From NCBI GenBank assembly GCA_035308065.1, contig DATGHI010000100.1, positions 1 through 30,111 of the forward strand: a stretch of DNA of 30,111 nucleotides. The letters run 5' to 3'. This stretch comes from Gammaproteobacteria bacterium. GTDB lineage: Bacteria; Pseudomonadota; Gammaproteobacteria; Natronospirales; REEB76. The notes under the pieces are model-generated. The model was not told where the DNA came from, ran no database searches, and saw only the letters and a list, made by a program, of their open reading frames with translations. Positions within the stretch are counted from its first letter, which is position 1. Every line of letters starts with the position of its first letter. Below are positions 7,713-16,240 of this stretch, one piece after another. Both the position numbers and the translations under genes were made by a program.

Positions 7713-8669
7713 ATGAAAGGCGCATTCCTAGATCTGGACACCGTGAGCCACGCGGGCGACATCAAGCTCCGACCCCTGGAGAAGGTGCTGTCGGTGCTGC
7801 GCGTGTTCGGCTCCACCTCGCCCGACAAGATCCTGGAGCACGCGGCCGAGGCCGAGGTGCTCATCTCCAACAAGGTGCGCATCTCGGCAGACGTCTTAAA
7901 GCAGCTACCGGCCCTCAAGCTCGTGTGCGTGGCCGCCACAGGCGTGAACCACGTGGACTTGGCAGCGGCCTGGGACCGGAAGATCGGTGTGTGCAACGTG
8001 CCCGCCTATTCGAGCCACTCTGTGGCGCAGCACGTGTTCGCGTTGCTGCTCGCCCTCAACCAGCATCTCAAGGGCTACGAGGCGCTGTTGCAACAGGGCG
8101 CCTGGAAGCGCGCGCCGCAGTTCACGATGCTGGACTTTCCCATCCGCGAGCTCCGGGACAAGACCTTCGGCATCGTCGGCCTAGGCGACATCGGGCGCAG
8201 CGTGGCGAGGATCGCGGCGGCATTCGGCATGAAGGTGCTGGTGGCGAAGCGCAACAAGGAGGACACGCGTCCAGACCGGGTGGCTCTGCACGAGTTCCTG
8301 CCGCAGGTGGACGTGTTGAGCCTCCACGTGCCGCTGCTGCCCGAGACCCGCGGCCTCATTGGACCCAACGAACTCACGCTGCTGAAGCCCGAGGCCTTCC
8401 TCATCAACACCGCCCGCGGCGGGCTGGTGGACGAGATGGCGCTTGCAGCCATGCTGCGCGCCGGCCGCCTCGCCGGGGCGGGCATCGACGTGCTCTCGGA
8501 GGAGCCGCCGGCGCACGGCAACCCGCTCCTGGACCCGACGATCCCGAACCTCATCGTCACGCCCCACGTGGCCTGGGCATCCCATGAGTCACGCCAGCGA
8601 GTGATCCACGAGATGGCGCTCAACATTTCCGCATTCCAAGTGGGCGAGACGCGCAACCGCGTGGCGTGA
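7713..8669 (+). CDS. hprA: D-2-hydroxyacid dehydrogenase (glycerate dehydrogenase / hydroxypyruvate reductase-like)
   Basis: ATGVNHVDL, GIVGLGDIG (NAD binding), FLINTARGGLVDE, DVLSEEPP, VTPHVAWAS. Exact substrate not established. Confidence 0.85.
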   Translation: MKGAFLDLDTVSHAGDIKLRPLEKVLSVLRVFGSTSPDKILEHAAEAEVLISNKVRISADVLKQLPALKLVCVAATGVNHVDLAAAWDRKIGVCNVPAYSSHSVAQHVFALLLALNQHLKGYEALLQQGAWKRAPQFTMLDFPIRELRDKTFGIVGLGDIGRSVARIAAAFGMKVLVAKRNKEDTRPDRVALHEFLPQVDVLSLHVPLLPETRGLIGPNELTLLKPEAFLINTARGGLVDEMALAAMLRAGRLAGAGIDVLSEEPPAHGNPLLDPTIPNLIVTPHVAWASHESRQRVIHEMALNISAFQVGETRNRVA

Positions 8670-8681
8670 AGGCGTAGCCGG

Positions 8682-8687
8682 TATACT
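8682..8687 (+). promoter_or_regulatory. Candidate -10 box TATACT for the MAPEG cluster
   Basis: Near-consensus hexamer in the 45-nt gap before 8715. Confidence 0.45.
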
Positions 8688-8714
8688 CAGGCCTGACATC
8701 GTACGGGGTAAGTC

Positions 8715-9140
8715 ATGTCTGAGACGCCTATCCTGCTGCCTTGCGCCGGGCTCGCCGGCCTCACGGCCGCGGTCTGGGTGCGCCTGTATTGGGAGCGTAT
8801 CGGAGAGATGCGCGCGAAACGCATCGCACCCCAGGCCTTGAGCACGTCGGCCCAGGCGCGCGACCGGCTGCAGCTCACTTGTGCGGCGGATAACTTCCGC
8901 AACCTCTTCGAGATGCCGGTGCTGTTCTATGCACTGTGCCTCGGTCTCGCAGTTGCGGGCCTCGCCACGCCGCTGTTCGTGGCCATGGCGTGGACCTACG
9001 TGGTCCTGCGCGCGCTGCATAGCTTCATCCACACGACTTACAACCGCGTGATGCACCGGTTCACGGTTTATGCGGCGAGCAGCGTGCTGCTGTTCGCCAT
9101 GTGGGGCCTGTTCGCCGCCAGACTGCTGGCGGCGGGGTAA
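8715..9140 (+). CDS. MAPEG family membrane protein
   Basis: DNFRNLFEMPVLFY, AWTYVVLRALHSFIH, NRVMHRF; four hydrophobic segments. Confidence 0.88.
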   Translation: MSETPILLPCAGLAGLTAAVWVRLYWERIGEMRAKRIAPQALSTSAQARDRLQLTCAADNFRNLFEMPVLFYALCLGLAVAGLATPLFVAMAWTYVVLRALHSFIHTTYNRVMHRFTVYAASSVLLFAMWGLFAARLLAAG

Positions 9141-9146
9141 GGCGAC

Positions 9147-9377
9147 GTGGACGAGGACGTCTGTCCCCATTGTGGCGGCGAACTCCGTTTCGAGGACAAG
9201 AACACATTCACGGGCCGCGACATGCGCGAATACCGCTGCGTGAAATGTGGCAAGTCCGTGATCGAGGATCGGGGCGTGGCCCTGTGGCAGGTGCTACACG
9301 ACGCTAACGAGGAGGCCGCGCGGCAACGCGCCGAGGCGGCGGCCAAGAAGCGCTGGTGGAAGTTCTGGCAGAAGTGA
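9147..9377 (+). CDS. Small Zn-ribbon protein with basic-aromatic C-terminal tail
   Basis: CPHC...CVKC, then a helical EEAARQRAEAAA segment and KKRWWKFWQK; starts 6 nt after MAPEG stop. Confidence 0.78.
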   Translation: MDEDVCPHCGGELRFEDKNTFTGRDMREYRCVKCGKSVIEDRGVALWQVLHDANEEAARQRAEAAAKKRWWKFWQK

Positions 9378-9392
9378 CTCCGGAGGACCCAG

Positions 9393-9743
9393 GTGTACGA
9401 ATCCCGCCGCCACCGTCCGCTGCCCTTCCACCGTTTCCTGTGGCGCATGCTGCTGCACGCGCTCGCCGCCCAGGTGCTGGTGCTGTTCTCCCTCCTCATC
9501 GGCATGTGGGGTTATGCGCACTTCGAGGCCATGGGCTGGCGCGATGCGTTCGTCAATTCCGCCATGCTGCTGGCCGGCATGGGTCCCATGAAGACCGAGG
9601 GCCTGAGCGACGCCGGCAAGCTGTTCGCGGGTCTCTATGCCCTGTACGCCGGTCTGGTGCTGATCATCGTCATCGGCATCATGATGGCGCCCATCATCCA
9701 CCGTGTGCTGCACGTGTTCCATTGGGAGGACCGCGGGGACTGA
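9393..9743 (+). CDS. Small 2-TM ion-channel-like protein (Ion_trans_2-like fold, non-canonical filter)
   Basis: GGAGGA RBS; TM1 - GMWGYAHFEAMGWRDAFVNSAMLLAGMGP (pore-helix-like) - TM2 AGKLFAGLYALYAGLV. Confidence 0.75.
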   Translation: MYESRRHRPLPFHRFLWRMLLHALAAQVLVLFSLLIGMWGYAHFEAMGWRDAFVNSAMLLAGMGPMKTEGLSDAGKLFAGLYALYAGLVLIIVIGIMMAPIIHRVLHVFHWEDRGD

Positions 9744-9791
9744 AGTCCGCGTCCATCCCGCCGATACCATCGCCAACCAGAGGAGATGCCG

Positions 9792-10181
9792 ATGACTTCC
9801 GAATACCAGATGCTTGTGTGGAGCGTGATCCTGGGGCTGGTGCAGCTCGTGATCGCCGTAGTTGCCGCCATCAAAGTGCGGGGGCTCGCCTGGGCGTTCA
9901 GCCCACGCGACAAGGTCATGCCGCCGCTGGAGGGGATGGCTGGGCGCATTGATCGCGCGTTCTCCAATTTCCTGGAGACCTTTCCGCTGTTTGCCGCACT
10001 GGTGCTCACCGCCGGCGCCTTGGGCGTGCACGGACCCATGACGCAGTGGGGAACGATGCTGTATTTCTGGGCACGGGTCGTCTACGTGCCGATCTACGTG
10101 CTGGGCCTGCCGGTGGTGCGCACCGGCGTCTGGACGGTTTCGGCGGTGGGCATGGTCATGCTGGTGCTCGCCCTGCTCTGA
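9792..10181 (+). CDS. MAPEG family membrane protein (second copy, divergent)
   Basis: GRIDRAFSNFLETFPLFAALVL, LYFWARVVYVPIY. AGGAG lies 6 nt before ATG 9792. Confidence 0.88.
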   Translation: MTSEYQMLVWSVILGLVQLVIAVVAAIKVRGLAWAFSPRDKVMPPLEGMAGRIDRAFSNFLETFPLFAALVLTAGALGVHGPMTQWGTMLYFWARVVYVPIYVLGLPVVRTGVWTVSAVGMVMLVLALL

Positions 10182-10231
10182 CGCGACATGTTCCCCGGCG
10201 GGTCCTTAATCGAGCCCGTCGGGATATGTAC

Positions 10232-10237
10232 TATAAT
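10232..10237 (+). promoter_or_regulatory. Consensus -10 box TATAAT
   Basis: Perfect hexamer in an AT-richer intergenic stretch 60 nt before 10297; no consensus -35. Confidence 0.55.
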
Positions 10238-10296
10238 CTTAGTATTCTTCCGGCGCGTGCCGGACCGGTGAGTCATCTCAAACGGAGACAAGAGTC

Positions 10297-10827
10297 ATGA
10301 ACAAGCTGATCGGATTGGCGGCGGCCCTGGCGCTAGTTGCCTGTGCGGGCCCGGAGAGCGCGTTCAAGGAAGACCCTCAGCACTACGCCCTGTTCGTGGC
10401 GGTCTCAAACGTCTATGTCGACGCCCCCCTCACGGTGAAGAATGCCGATACCGGGGAGCTCATCGAGATCAAAACCCGTCACTTCGGCCGGGACGACCGG
10501 GGCTACCTGGTGGCGTCGTTGCCGCCTGGGCGCTACACCCTCGAGCGCTACAGCCTGGACGGCATCCACGTGAATTCCCTCGAGACGGCCAACGGATATT
10601 TCAACGTGGCGAGCGACTGCTTCAACTACGGAGGGGCCTACGATTTCGAGGTCGGCAGCGATGGCCAGCCGTCCTACACCAACACTACGACCCTGAAGGA
10701 CATCGAGCAGCTGCCGGACAACATCCGCAAGCTCGCGCGGGACCGGGACATCTGTTCCGCCGCCATGGGCAAGGACAGCGATCGTCTCAAGGCCGCCGAC
10801 GTGCAGGGCCAGCTCGCACTCGACTGA
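10297..10827 (+). CDS. Hypothetical lipoprotein
   Basis: MNKLIGLAAALALVAC lipobox; GGAG upstream; beta-rich soluble domain with two more Cys. Confidence 0.8.
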   Translation: MNKLIGLAAALALVACAGPESAFKEDPQHYALFVAVSNVYVDAPLTVKNADTGELIEIKTRHFGRDDRGYLVASLPPGRYTLERYSLDGIHVNSLETANGYFNVASDCFNYGGAYDFEVGSDGQPSYTNTTTLKDIEQLPDNIRKLARDRDICSAAMGKDSDRLKAADVQGQLALD

Positions 10828-10852
10828 GTCCGCGCTGCCGCGGCGTCTCTGC

Positions 10853-11227
10853 GTGATCTACCGGTTGCTTGCAGACGGCGTGGTGCTGCTGCACTTCGCG
10901 TTCCTGCTGTTCGTGGTGCTGGGCGGTCTGCTTGTGCTGCGCTGGTGGAAGACCGCTTGGTTCCACTTGCCGGCAGTGGCCTGGGGCGCCTGGGTGGAAC
11001 TCCACCTCCGCTACTGCCCGCTCACGCCGCTGGAGAACACGCTCCGGGCGAAGGCCGGGCTGGACACCTACGGCGGCGGTTTCATCGACCACTACCTCAT
11101 CCCCGTCATCTACCCGCCGGGCCTCACCACGGACCTGCAGACGATGCTCGGTCTGCTGCTGGTGGCGTTCTACGCCGTCATCTATGCTTTGGCCTGGCGC
11201 AGGCATCGCGCGAGCATCCGGGGATAG
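10853..11227 (+). CDS. DUF2784 membrane protein
   Basis: LLADGVVLLHFAFLLFVVLGG, WFHLPAVAWG, CPLTPLEN, GGFIDHYLIPVIYP. Confidence 0.88.
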   Translation: MIYRLLADGVVLLHFAFLLFVVLGGLLVLRWWKTAWFHLPAVAWGAWVELHLRYCPLTPLENTLRAKAGLDTYGGGFIDHYLIPVIYPPGLTTDLQTMLGLLLVAFYAVIYALAWRRHRASIRG

Positions 11228-11232
11228 CCGTG

Positions 11233-12099
11233 ATGATCAAAGTGAACGCCACGCGGACGTGGCGGGTGGCTGCGCTCACGACCGTCGCCATGACGGCATT
11301 CGCGGCCAATTCGCTGCTCTGCCGCTTGGCGCTGCGGGCGGGGCACATCGATCCCGCGAGCTTCACCAGCCTGCGCCTCGTCTCCGGCGCAGCGGCCCTG
11401 TGGCTGCTGCTGCGGCTCAAGGGCGGCGGGCAGAGCCGTGCGGGCGATTGGCGGTCCGCCGCGGCGCTCGTCGTCTACGCCGCGGCATTCTCCTTCGCCT
11501 ACGTGAGCCTGGGCGTCGGGGTCGGTGCGCTGCTCCTGTTCGGCGCAGTGCAGGCCACCATGCTCGCGGCCGGTTACCGGGGCGGCGAGCGCGCAGGCCC
11601 TATGCAGAGCCTCGGGCTCGCGCTCTCGGTGGCGGGGCTCGTGTTCCTGGTCATGCCGGGGCTCGCGGCGCCCGCGCCCCTGGGCGCGGCGCTGATGCTC
11701 GTCGCGGGCGTGGCCTGGGGCATGTATTCCCTGCGCGGCCGGGGCATCGGCGACGCGTCCCGTGCCACCGCCGGCAATTTCCTGCGGGCGGCACCCTTGG
11801 CCCTCGTCTTCAACCTGCCGTTCCTGCCGCGGCTGCACGTGGAGACCTTGGGCGTCATCTACGCGCTCGCGTCCGGCGCGCTCGCCTCGGGCCTGGGTTA
11901 CGTGGTCTGGTACGCGGCCTTGAAGGGGCTCACCGCCACCCGCGCCGCCATCGTGCAGTTGAGCGTGCCGGTGATCGCGGCCTTCGGCGGGGTGCTGCTA
12001 CTGGACGAGACGGTCACGCCGCGCCTCCTGGTCTCGTCTTGCGCGATACTCGGCGGCGTGACGCTGGCGGTCTTGGGGAAACAGCGCCGGGTGCTGTAG
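11233..12099 (+). CDS. DMT (EamA) family transporter
   Basis: AMTAFAANSLLCRLAL, DPASFTSLRLVSGA, GALLLFGAVQATM, YSLRGRG, AAIVQLSVPVIAAFGG; about 10 TM. The track ORF from 10945 is an upstream extension overlapping DUF2784. Confidence 0.92.
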   Translation: MIKVNATRTWRVAALTTVAMTAFAANSLLCRLALRAGHIDPASFTSLRLVSGAAALWLLLRLKGGGQSRAGDWRSAAALVVYAAAFSFAYVSLGVGVGALLLFGAVQATMLAAGYRGGERAGPMQSLGLALSVAGLVFLVMPGLAAPAPLGAALMLVAGVAWGMYSLRGRGIGDASRATAGNFLRAAPLALVFNLPFLPRLHVETLGVIYALASGALASGLGYVVWYAALKGLTATRAAIVQLSVPVIAAFGGVLLLDETVTPRLLVSSCAILGGVTLAVLGKQRRVL

Positions 12100-12111
12100 G
12101 AGGTGATGCCC

Positions 12112-12804
12112 ATGAATTGGCAGAAAATCCGTCGATGGACGGCTATGCTCTCGCTCCTGGCCTTGAGCGTGTCGGGCTTCTGGGGTGTGGACCGGGAATG
12201 GGTTTACGCCGGGAGCCTGGGTGCGAAGTTCTCCACCTTCATGCAGACAGCGTTCGCCGTGCTGGGCGTCCTGGCCGCGGCATCGTTGTGGTACGGGCAT
12301 CGCTGGACGCGGACGCTGCTCTACCTCTGGGCCCTCACCCTCATCCTCACCGGCGCCACGGCGCCCGTCATCTGGGGCGACCTGGGCTGGGGTGCGGGCT
12401 TGCTCGCCGCAGCGATTTCGGCGGTGATCGCCGGGACGGTAGTTTGGATCGCGCCTCTGCCGTCGCCGGGCGCGGCGTTCAGCCGCTGGCGCTGGCTGGT
12501 GGCGGGCGCGTATGCCGCAGCCGCCGTCGCGGTATTGGCGGTGACGGCGCAATACGCTCCACTGGCGGTGCAGGGCCGGCAGATGGAGGAATTCTGCCGG
12601 GGGTTGCCGGTTGGCATCACGGAGCGCGAGTTGCAGGCCCTGGCGGAGAAGGAAGGCTATATCGCGAACCCGGGCAGCGACGCCAAGGGTGGCTTTTTGC
12701 GCATCCAGGACGACGCGTCCCGGGGACATTACTTTTGCGAGGCGCGTTTCAAGCCGGATGGCCGTATAGACCGTATCAATTTCACTGCGCGCGCCGGCGA
12801 TTAG
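12112..12804 (+). CDS. Hypothetical multi-TM membrane protein with small soluble C-terminal domain
   Basis: AGGAGG RBS 8 nt before ATG 12112; about five hydrophobic segments then a two-Cys soluble domain. Confidence 0.75.
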   Translation: MNWQKIRRWTAMLSLLALSVSGFWGVDREWVYAGSLGAKFSTFMQTAFAVLGVLAAASLWYGHRWTRTLLYLWALTLILTGATAPVIWGDLGWGAGLLAAAISAVIAGTVVWIAPLPSPGAAFSRWRWLVAGAYAAAAVAVLAVTAQYAPLAVQGRQMEEFCRGLPVGITERELQALAEKEGYIANPGSDAKGGFLRIQDDASRGHYFCEARFKPDGRIDRINFTARAGD

Positions 12805-13751
12805 CCATGCATATATTCAAAACACTGTTTGGTCCAGTCGATCTTCTGGTTTGCCGCTGACGCCGGCGCCTTCTGCAGATCCATGAGTTCCCGGTAATAG
12901 ACGCTCTTCGTGAGCCGCTCCCGGTAATCGCTTAGGTATTGCTTGTGATCCGCCTCACTTCCGCCCCAGACCATGTCCAGGAAAGTCCAGGCGGAGGCGG
13001 AGTTACCGGTGTAGATGAGGTCCGTTGCGTAGTACCACATGCCCATGGGCTGATCCTGTTTCCAGTCGTGGCTCTTCTTGAAGAGACGGGCACAATGGGC
13101 GATCTCGTCCGCGGCCGGCGCGTTGGCCTTCATATGCGCCTGGTCGAGCTTGAAACTCCCGCCCTGGAAGCTCAAGAGCACCCGTCCCGCGGGCGAGCCG
13201 GCGAAGTCGGAGGGGAAATAGGCGAAGGCGCTGTAGTCCGCGCTGTCCAACACCAGCCCCTTCACGCCCTCGCGTCGCACGAAGGAGGACTCGTCTGCAT
13301 CCCGGAGCGGGATGCTCTGGATCCTTTTGAAGGTGTCGCCCAGCTGGAAGAGGTGGAAGGTATAACAGCAGTGCGCGCCGCCGGACCATTCGGAGATGAG
13401 CAGGCCAGGCTGGCTTTCTCCGGTGAAATCCATCCCCACCACGGGCTTCACGCTATCCGGCGGCTGGTCCTGCTCCAGGGAATAACCGATGGCGAAGCTG
13501 TAACCCGTCTGGGTATAGACGCGTTTTCCGCCCTTGAGTATCTCGAGACCGGAGACGGGCGTTTCCGGTTCCGCATCGCAGTCGTCCTGATTGCCGTAGA
13601 GACGGATCTCGTAGTCGTGGAAGTTCACGGTCTTCGCCGGAGCCTGGGTGAACACCGCGTTGCCCGTGGGGCATTTCGAGAACGCAGCAGGCGAAACCGC
13701 CAATCCACCGATGGCGACCGCCAGCACTATGACGCGATGCAGGACGCCCAT
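12801..13751 (-). CDS. Hypothetical secreted Cys-containing protein with WSGGAHCC motif
   Basis: Signal peptide ending AAFS; six Cys; ATG overlaps the ybbP TGA (TGATG). Confidence 0.8.
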   Translation of the reverse strand: MGVLHRVIVLAVAIGGLAVSPAAFSKCPTGNAVFTQAPAKTVNFHDYEIRLYGNQDDCDAEPETPVSGLEILKGGKRVYTQTGYSFAIGYSLEQDQPPDSVKPVVGMDFTGESQPGLLISEWSGGAHCCYTFHLFQLGDTFKRIQSIPLRDADESSFVRREGVKGLVLDSADYSAFAYFPSDFAGSPAGRVLLSFQGGSFKLDQAHMKANAPAADEIAHCARLFKKSHDWKQDQPMGMWYYATDLIYTGNSASAWTFLDMVWGGSEADHKQYLSDYRERLTKSVYYRELMDLQKAPASAANQKIDWTKQCFEYMHG

Positions 13752-16240
13752 CAGGTTTCCCTCAAGGTTTCGACGGGTGGAGCTTTTAACACTCTACGCG
13801 TCGCCATGAGACCGCTGAAAGCCACGATGGCTGTGCCGGCCACGAGTCCCAAGAGCCAGATGCGCCAGTCGAGTTCATAGCTCAAGGAGAACACGCGCAC
13901 TGCTAGCACCCAGGCGACTAGCGTCGCCGCCAGCGCCCCCAGCAGTCCCGAGGTGAAGCCGAGGGTAGCGTATTCCGCCGCCGCCGCCGCGCGCACCCGC
14001 CGGCGCGACGCGCCTAAGGCTCTCAGCACCGCCGCCTCGAAGCGCCGCTCGTCCCGGGTCGCCTGCACGGCGGCCAGCAGCACCACCACGCCCGCGCCGA
14101 GGGTGAACAGGAACACGTATTCCACCGCCAGGGAGGCCTCGTCCATCAGCTGGCGCACCTGCTGCATGATGGCGTCCACGTCGAAGAGAGTGAGCGCCGG
14201 CATCGTATGGATGAGGTCCGCCAGCATGCCGGTCTTGCCCGGCGGCAGGTACAGGCTGGTGATCCAAGTGGAATCAAAGCGCTCGAGCGCGCCGGGCGAC
14301 AGTTCGATGAAGAAGTTGGGCTGGAAGGAATCCCAGCGCACCTTACGCAGGCTCGCCACGGTCACGGTGAGCGGGATCCCGGCGATATCGAACGTCAGGG
14401 TGTCTCCCGGCTTGGCCCCGATGTTCTCGGCGAAGCCGTCCTCCAGGGAGGCCAGTGGCTGCTTCGCCTGCTCTGCATTCCACCACTGGCCTGCGGTGAG
14501 GGTGTTGGCGGCCGGCAAGGTGGCGGACCAGCTCAAGTTCTGTTCCCGGTCTGCCATGCGGCGCGAGTTCTCGCCCTGCAAGTGCAGCTTCGCCACCGGC
14601 TGGCCGTTGACGGCCGTGAGCCGTGCCCGCACCAGGGGATGCAGCACCGGCGCCGGTAGGCCGCGGTCCGTGAAGAACTTCACCAGCGGCGCGCGCTCGT
14701 CCGGCTGGATATTGATGATGAACTGGTTGGGGGCGTCGTCCGGCAGGCTGGTGCGCCAGCTCTGCAGGAGATCGGCGCGCACCACGGCCAGCAGCAAGAG
14801 CACCATGAGGCCGATGCCGAAAGCCACCATCTGGATGACCGCGTCGCGCTTGTGGCGGTTGAGGTTGGCGAGCCCGTAGCGCCAGCCGGCACCTACGCCG
14901 CTCCGCAGGCGTTTCAGCAGCAACAGCAAGCCGAGGGCGCCCGCGCCCAGGAGCAGCACCGTGAGCCCGAGGCCCGCCAGCACGTAGAGCGAGAGCGTCA
15001 GGGTCTTCACCTGCCAGAGCGTGAGCCCGAAGGAGGCGGCGAGCGCCGCGCCATAGACCACGAAGCCCCGCACCGGCGGCGGCGCAAGGTCGCGGCGCAG
15101 CACCCGCGCGGGAGGCGTATCACCTAGGCGCATGAGCGGGGGCAGGGCGAACCCCAGGAGCAGCACCAGGCCCATGCCCAGCGCCGAGAACGCGGGACCG
15201 AGGGGCGGTGCCGGCAGGTTCGAGGGCAGGAGGTCTTTCACCACCAGCACCAGGCCGAACTGAGCCAGGTAGCCCAGCACCACGCCGGCCAAGCCGGCTG
15301 CGAGCCCGAGCCACAGGAGTTCCAGGAGCAGCATCGCCTGCACGCGGCGACGCGTGAGGCCAAGACATTTCAGCACCGCGGCGGCGTCGGTGTAGCGCGC
15401 CGCGTAGCGTCGCGCCGAGAGCACCACCGCCACGGCGGAGATGAGCGCGCTCACCAGCGCCGCCAGTGCCAGGAAGCGCTGCGCGCGGTCGATGTCATTC
15501 ACGAGTTCCGGCCGCCCGTCGTGGGCGTCCTGCACGCGCACGCCTGGGGGCAGTTTGTCGCGCCAGCGCTGTTCCAGATCCGAGACCGCGTCCGGTGCGC
15601 CCGCTGCCAAGAGCGCGTATTCCACCCTTGAGTTGGCGTTCACGAGCCCGGTGGCGGGCACGTCCGCGAGGTTCAACACCAGTTTCGGGGCGATGGCGGA
15701 GAAGCCGAAGCCGCCGTCCGGCAGGTAGGCGATGGAGGCGGCGATGTGCGCGTGCAACGTGCCTATCGTGACGGTGTCACCCACCTTGAGGTGCAGGATG
15801 CCGAGCACCCGCGGTTCCAGCCAAGCGGTGCCGGGCGCGGGGATGCCCGCAGCGTAGTGTGGCGCGCCGAACGCGGTATCGGCGAGGCGCACGCGGCCGC
15901 GGAAGGGGTAACCCTCACTCACGGAGTGCACGTCCACGAGCTGTGTGGCGTCGCCCGCCACCAGCACCGTGGGGAAATCCATGGTCTGCGCGGTCTCGAG
16001 CCCGGCGGCACGGGCCTCGGCGGCGTAGTGCGGCGCGAGGGGCTCGCCGGACTGCAACACCAGGTCCGCTGCCAGGCTCTCGCCCGCCTGTTCGATCACC
16101 GCGGTTCGCACCCGCGCCGTGAAGAAGCCCACCGCCGAGACGGCGGCCAGCGCCAGCGTCAAGGCCGCGGCCATGACCGTGTACTCACCGCTCTTCCAGC
16201 CGCGGCGGAACTGGCGTACTGAGAGCCGGAGCAGCGTCAT
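13751..16240 (-). CDS. ybbP: ABC transporter permease, FtsX/MacB-like (YbbP)
   Basis: MTLLRLSVRQFRRGWKSGE, LAADLVL, YPFRG, LPDDAPNQFIINIQPD, REQNLSW, SLRKVRWDSFQPNFF, ERRFEAAVLRALGA. ATG overlaps the ybbA stop (ATGA). Confidence 0.93.
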   Translation of the reverse strand: MTLLRLSVRQFRRGWKSGEYTVMAAALTLALAAVSAVGFFTARVRTAVIEQAGESLAADLVLQSGEPLAPHYAAEARAAGLETAQTMDFPTVLVAGDATQLVDVHSVSEGYPFRGRVRLADTAFGAPHYAAGIPAPGTAWLEPRVLGILHLKVGDTVTIGTLHAHIAASIAYLPDGGFGFSAIAPKLVLNLADVPATGLVNANSRVEYALLAAGAPDAVSDLEQRWRDKLPPGVRVQDAHDGRPELVNDIDRAQRFLALAALVSALISAVAVVLSARRYAARYTDAAAVLKCLGLTRRRVQAMLLLELLWLGLAAGLAGVVLGYLAQFGLVLVVKDLLPSNLPAPPLGPAFSALGMGLVLLLGFALPPLMRLGDTPPARVLRRDLAPPPVRGFVVYGAALAASFGLTLWQVKTLTLSLYVLAGLGLTVLLLGAGALGLLLLLKRLRSGVGAGWRYGLANLNRHKRDAVIQMVAFGIGLMVLLLLAVVRADLLQSWRTSLPDDAPNQFIINIQPDERAPLVKFFTDRGLPAPVLHPLVRARLTAVNGQPVAKLHLQGENSRRMADREQNLSWSATLPAANTLTAGQWWNAEQAKQPLASLEDGFAENIGAKPGDTLTFDIAGIPLTVTVASLRKVRWDSFQPNFFIELSPGALERFDSTWITSLYLPPGKTGMLADLIHTMPALTLFDVDAIMQQVRQLMDEASLAVEYVFLFTLGAGVVVLLAAVQATRDERRFEAAVLRALGASRRRVRAAAAAEYATLGFTSGLLGALAATLVAWVLAVRVFSLSYELDWRIWLLGLVAGTAIVAFSGLMATRRVLKAPPVETLRET

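Noticed and set aside
10188-10227. Imperfect hairpin after the second MAPEG gene as a terminator
   Set aside because: Several G-U pairs and bulges and no U-tract; at most a stabilising stem-loop.
10869-12860. 663-aa plus-strand ORF spanning DUF2784, DMT and the membrane protein
   Set aside because: Arg/Ala/Gly-rich off-frame translation of three genuine genes.
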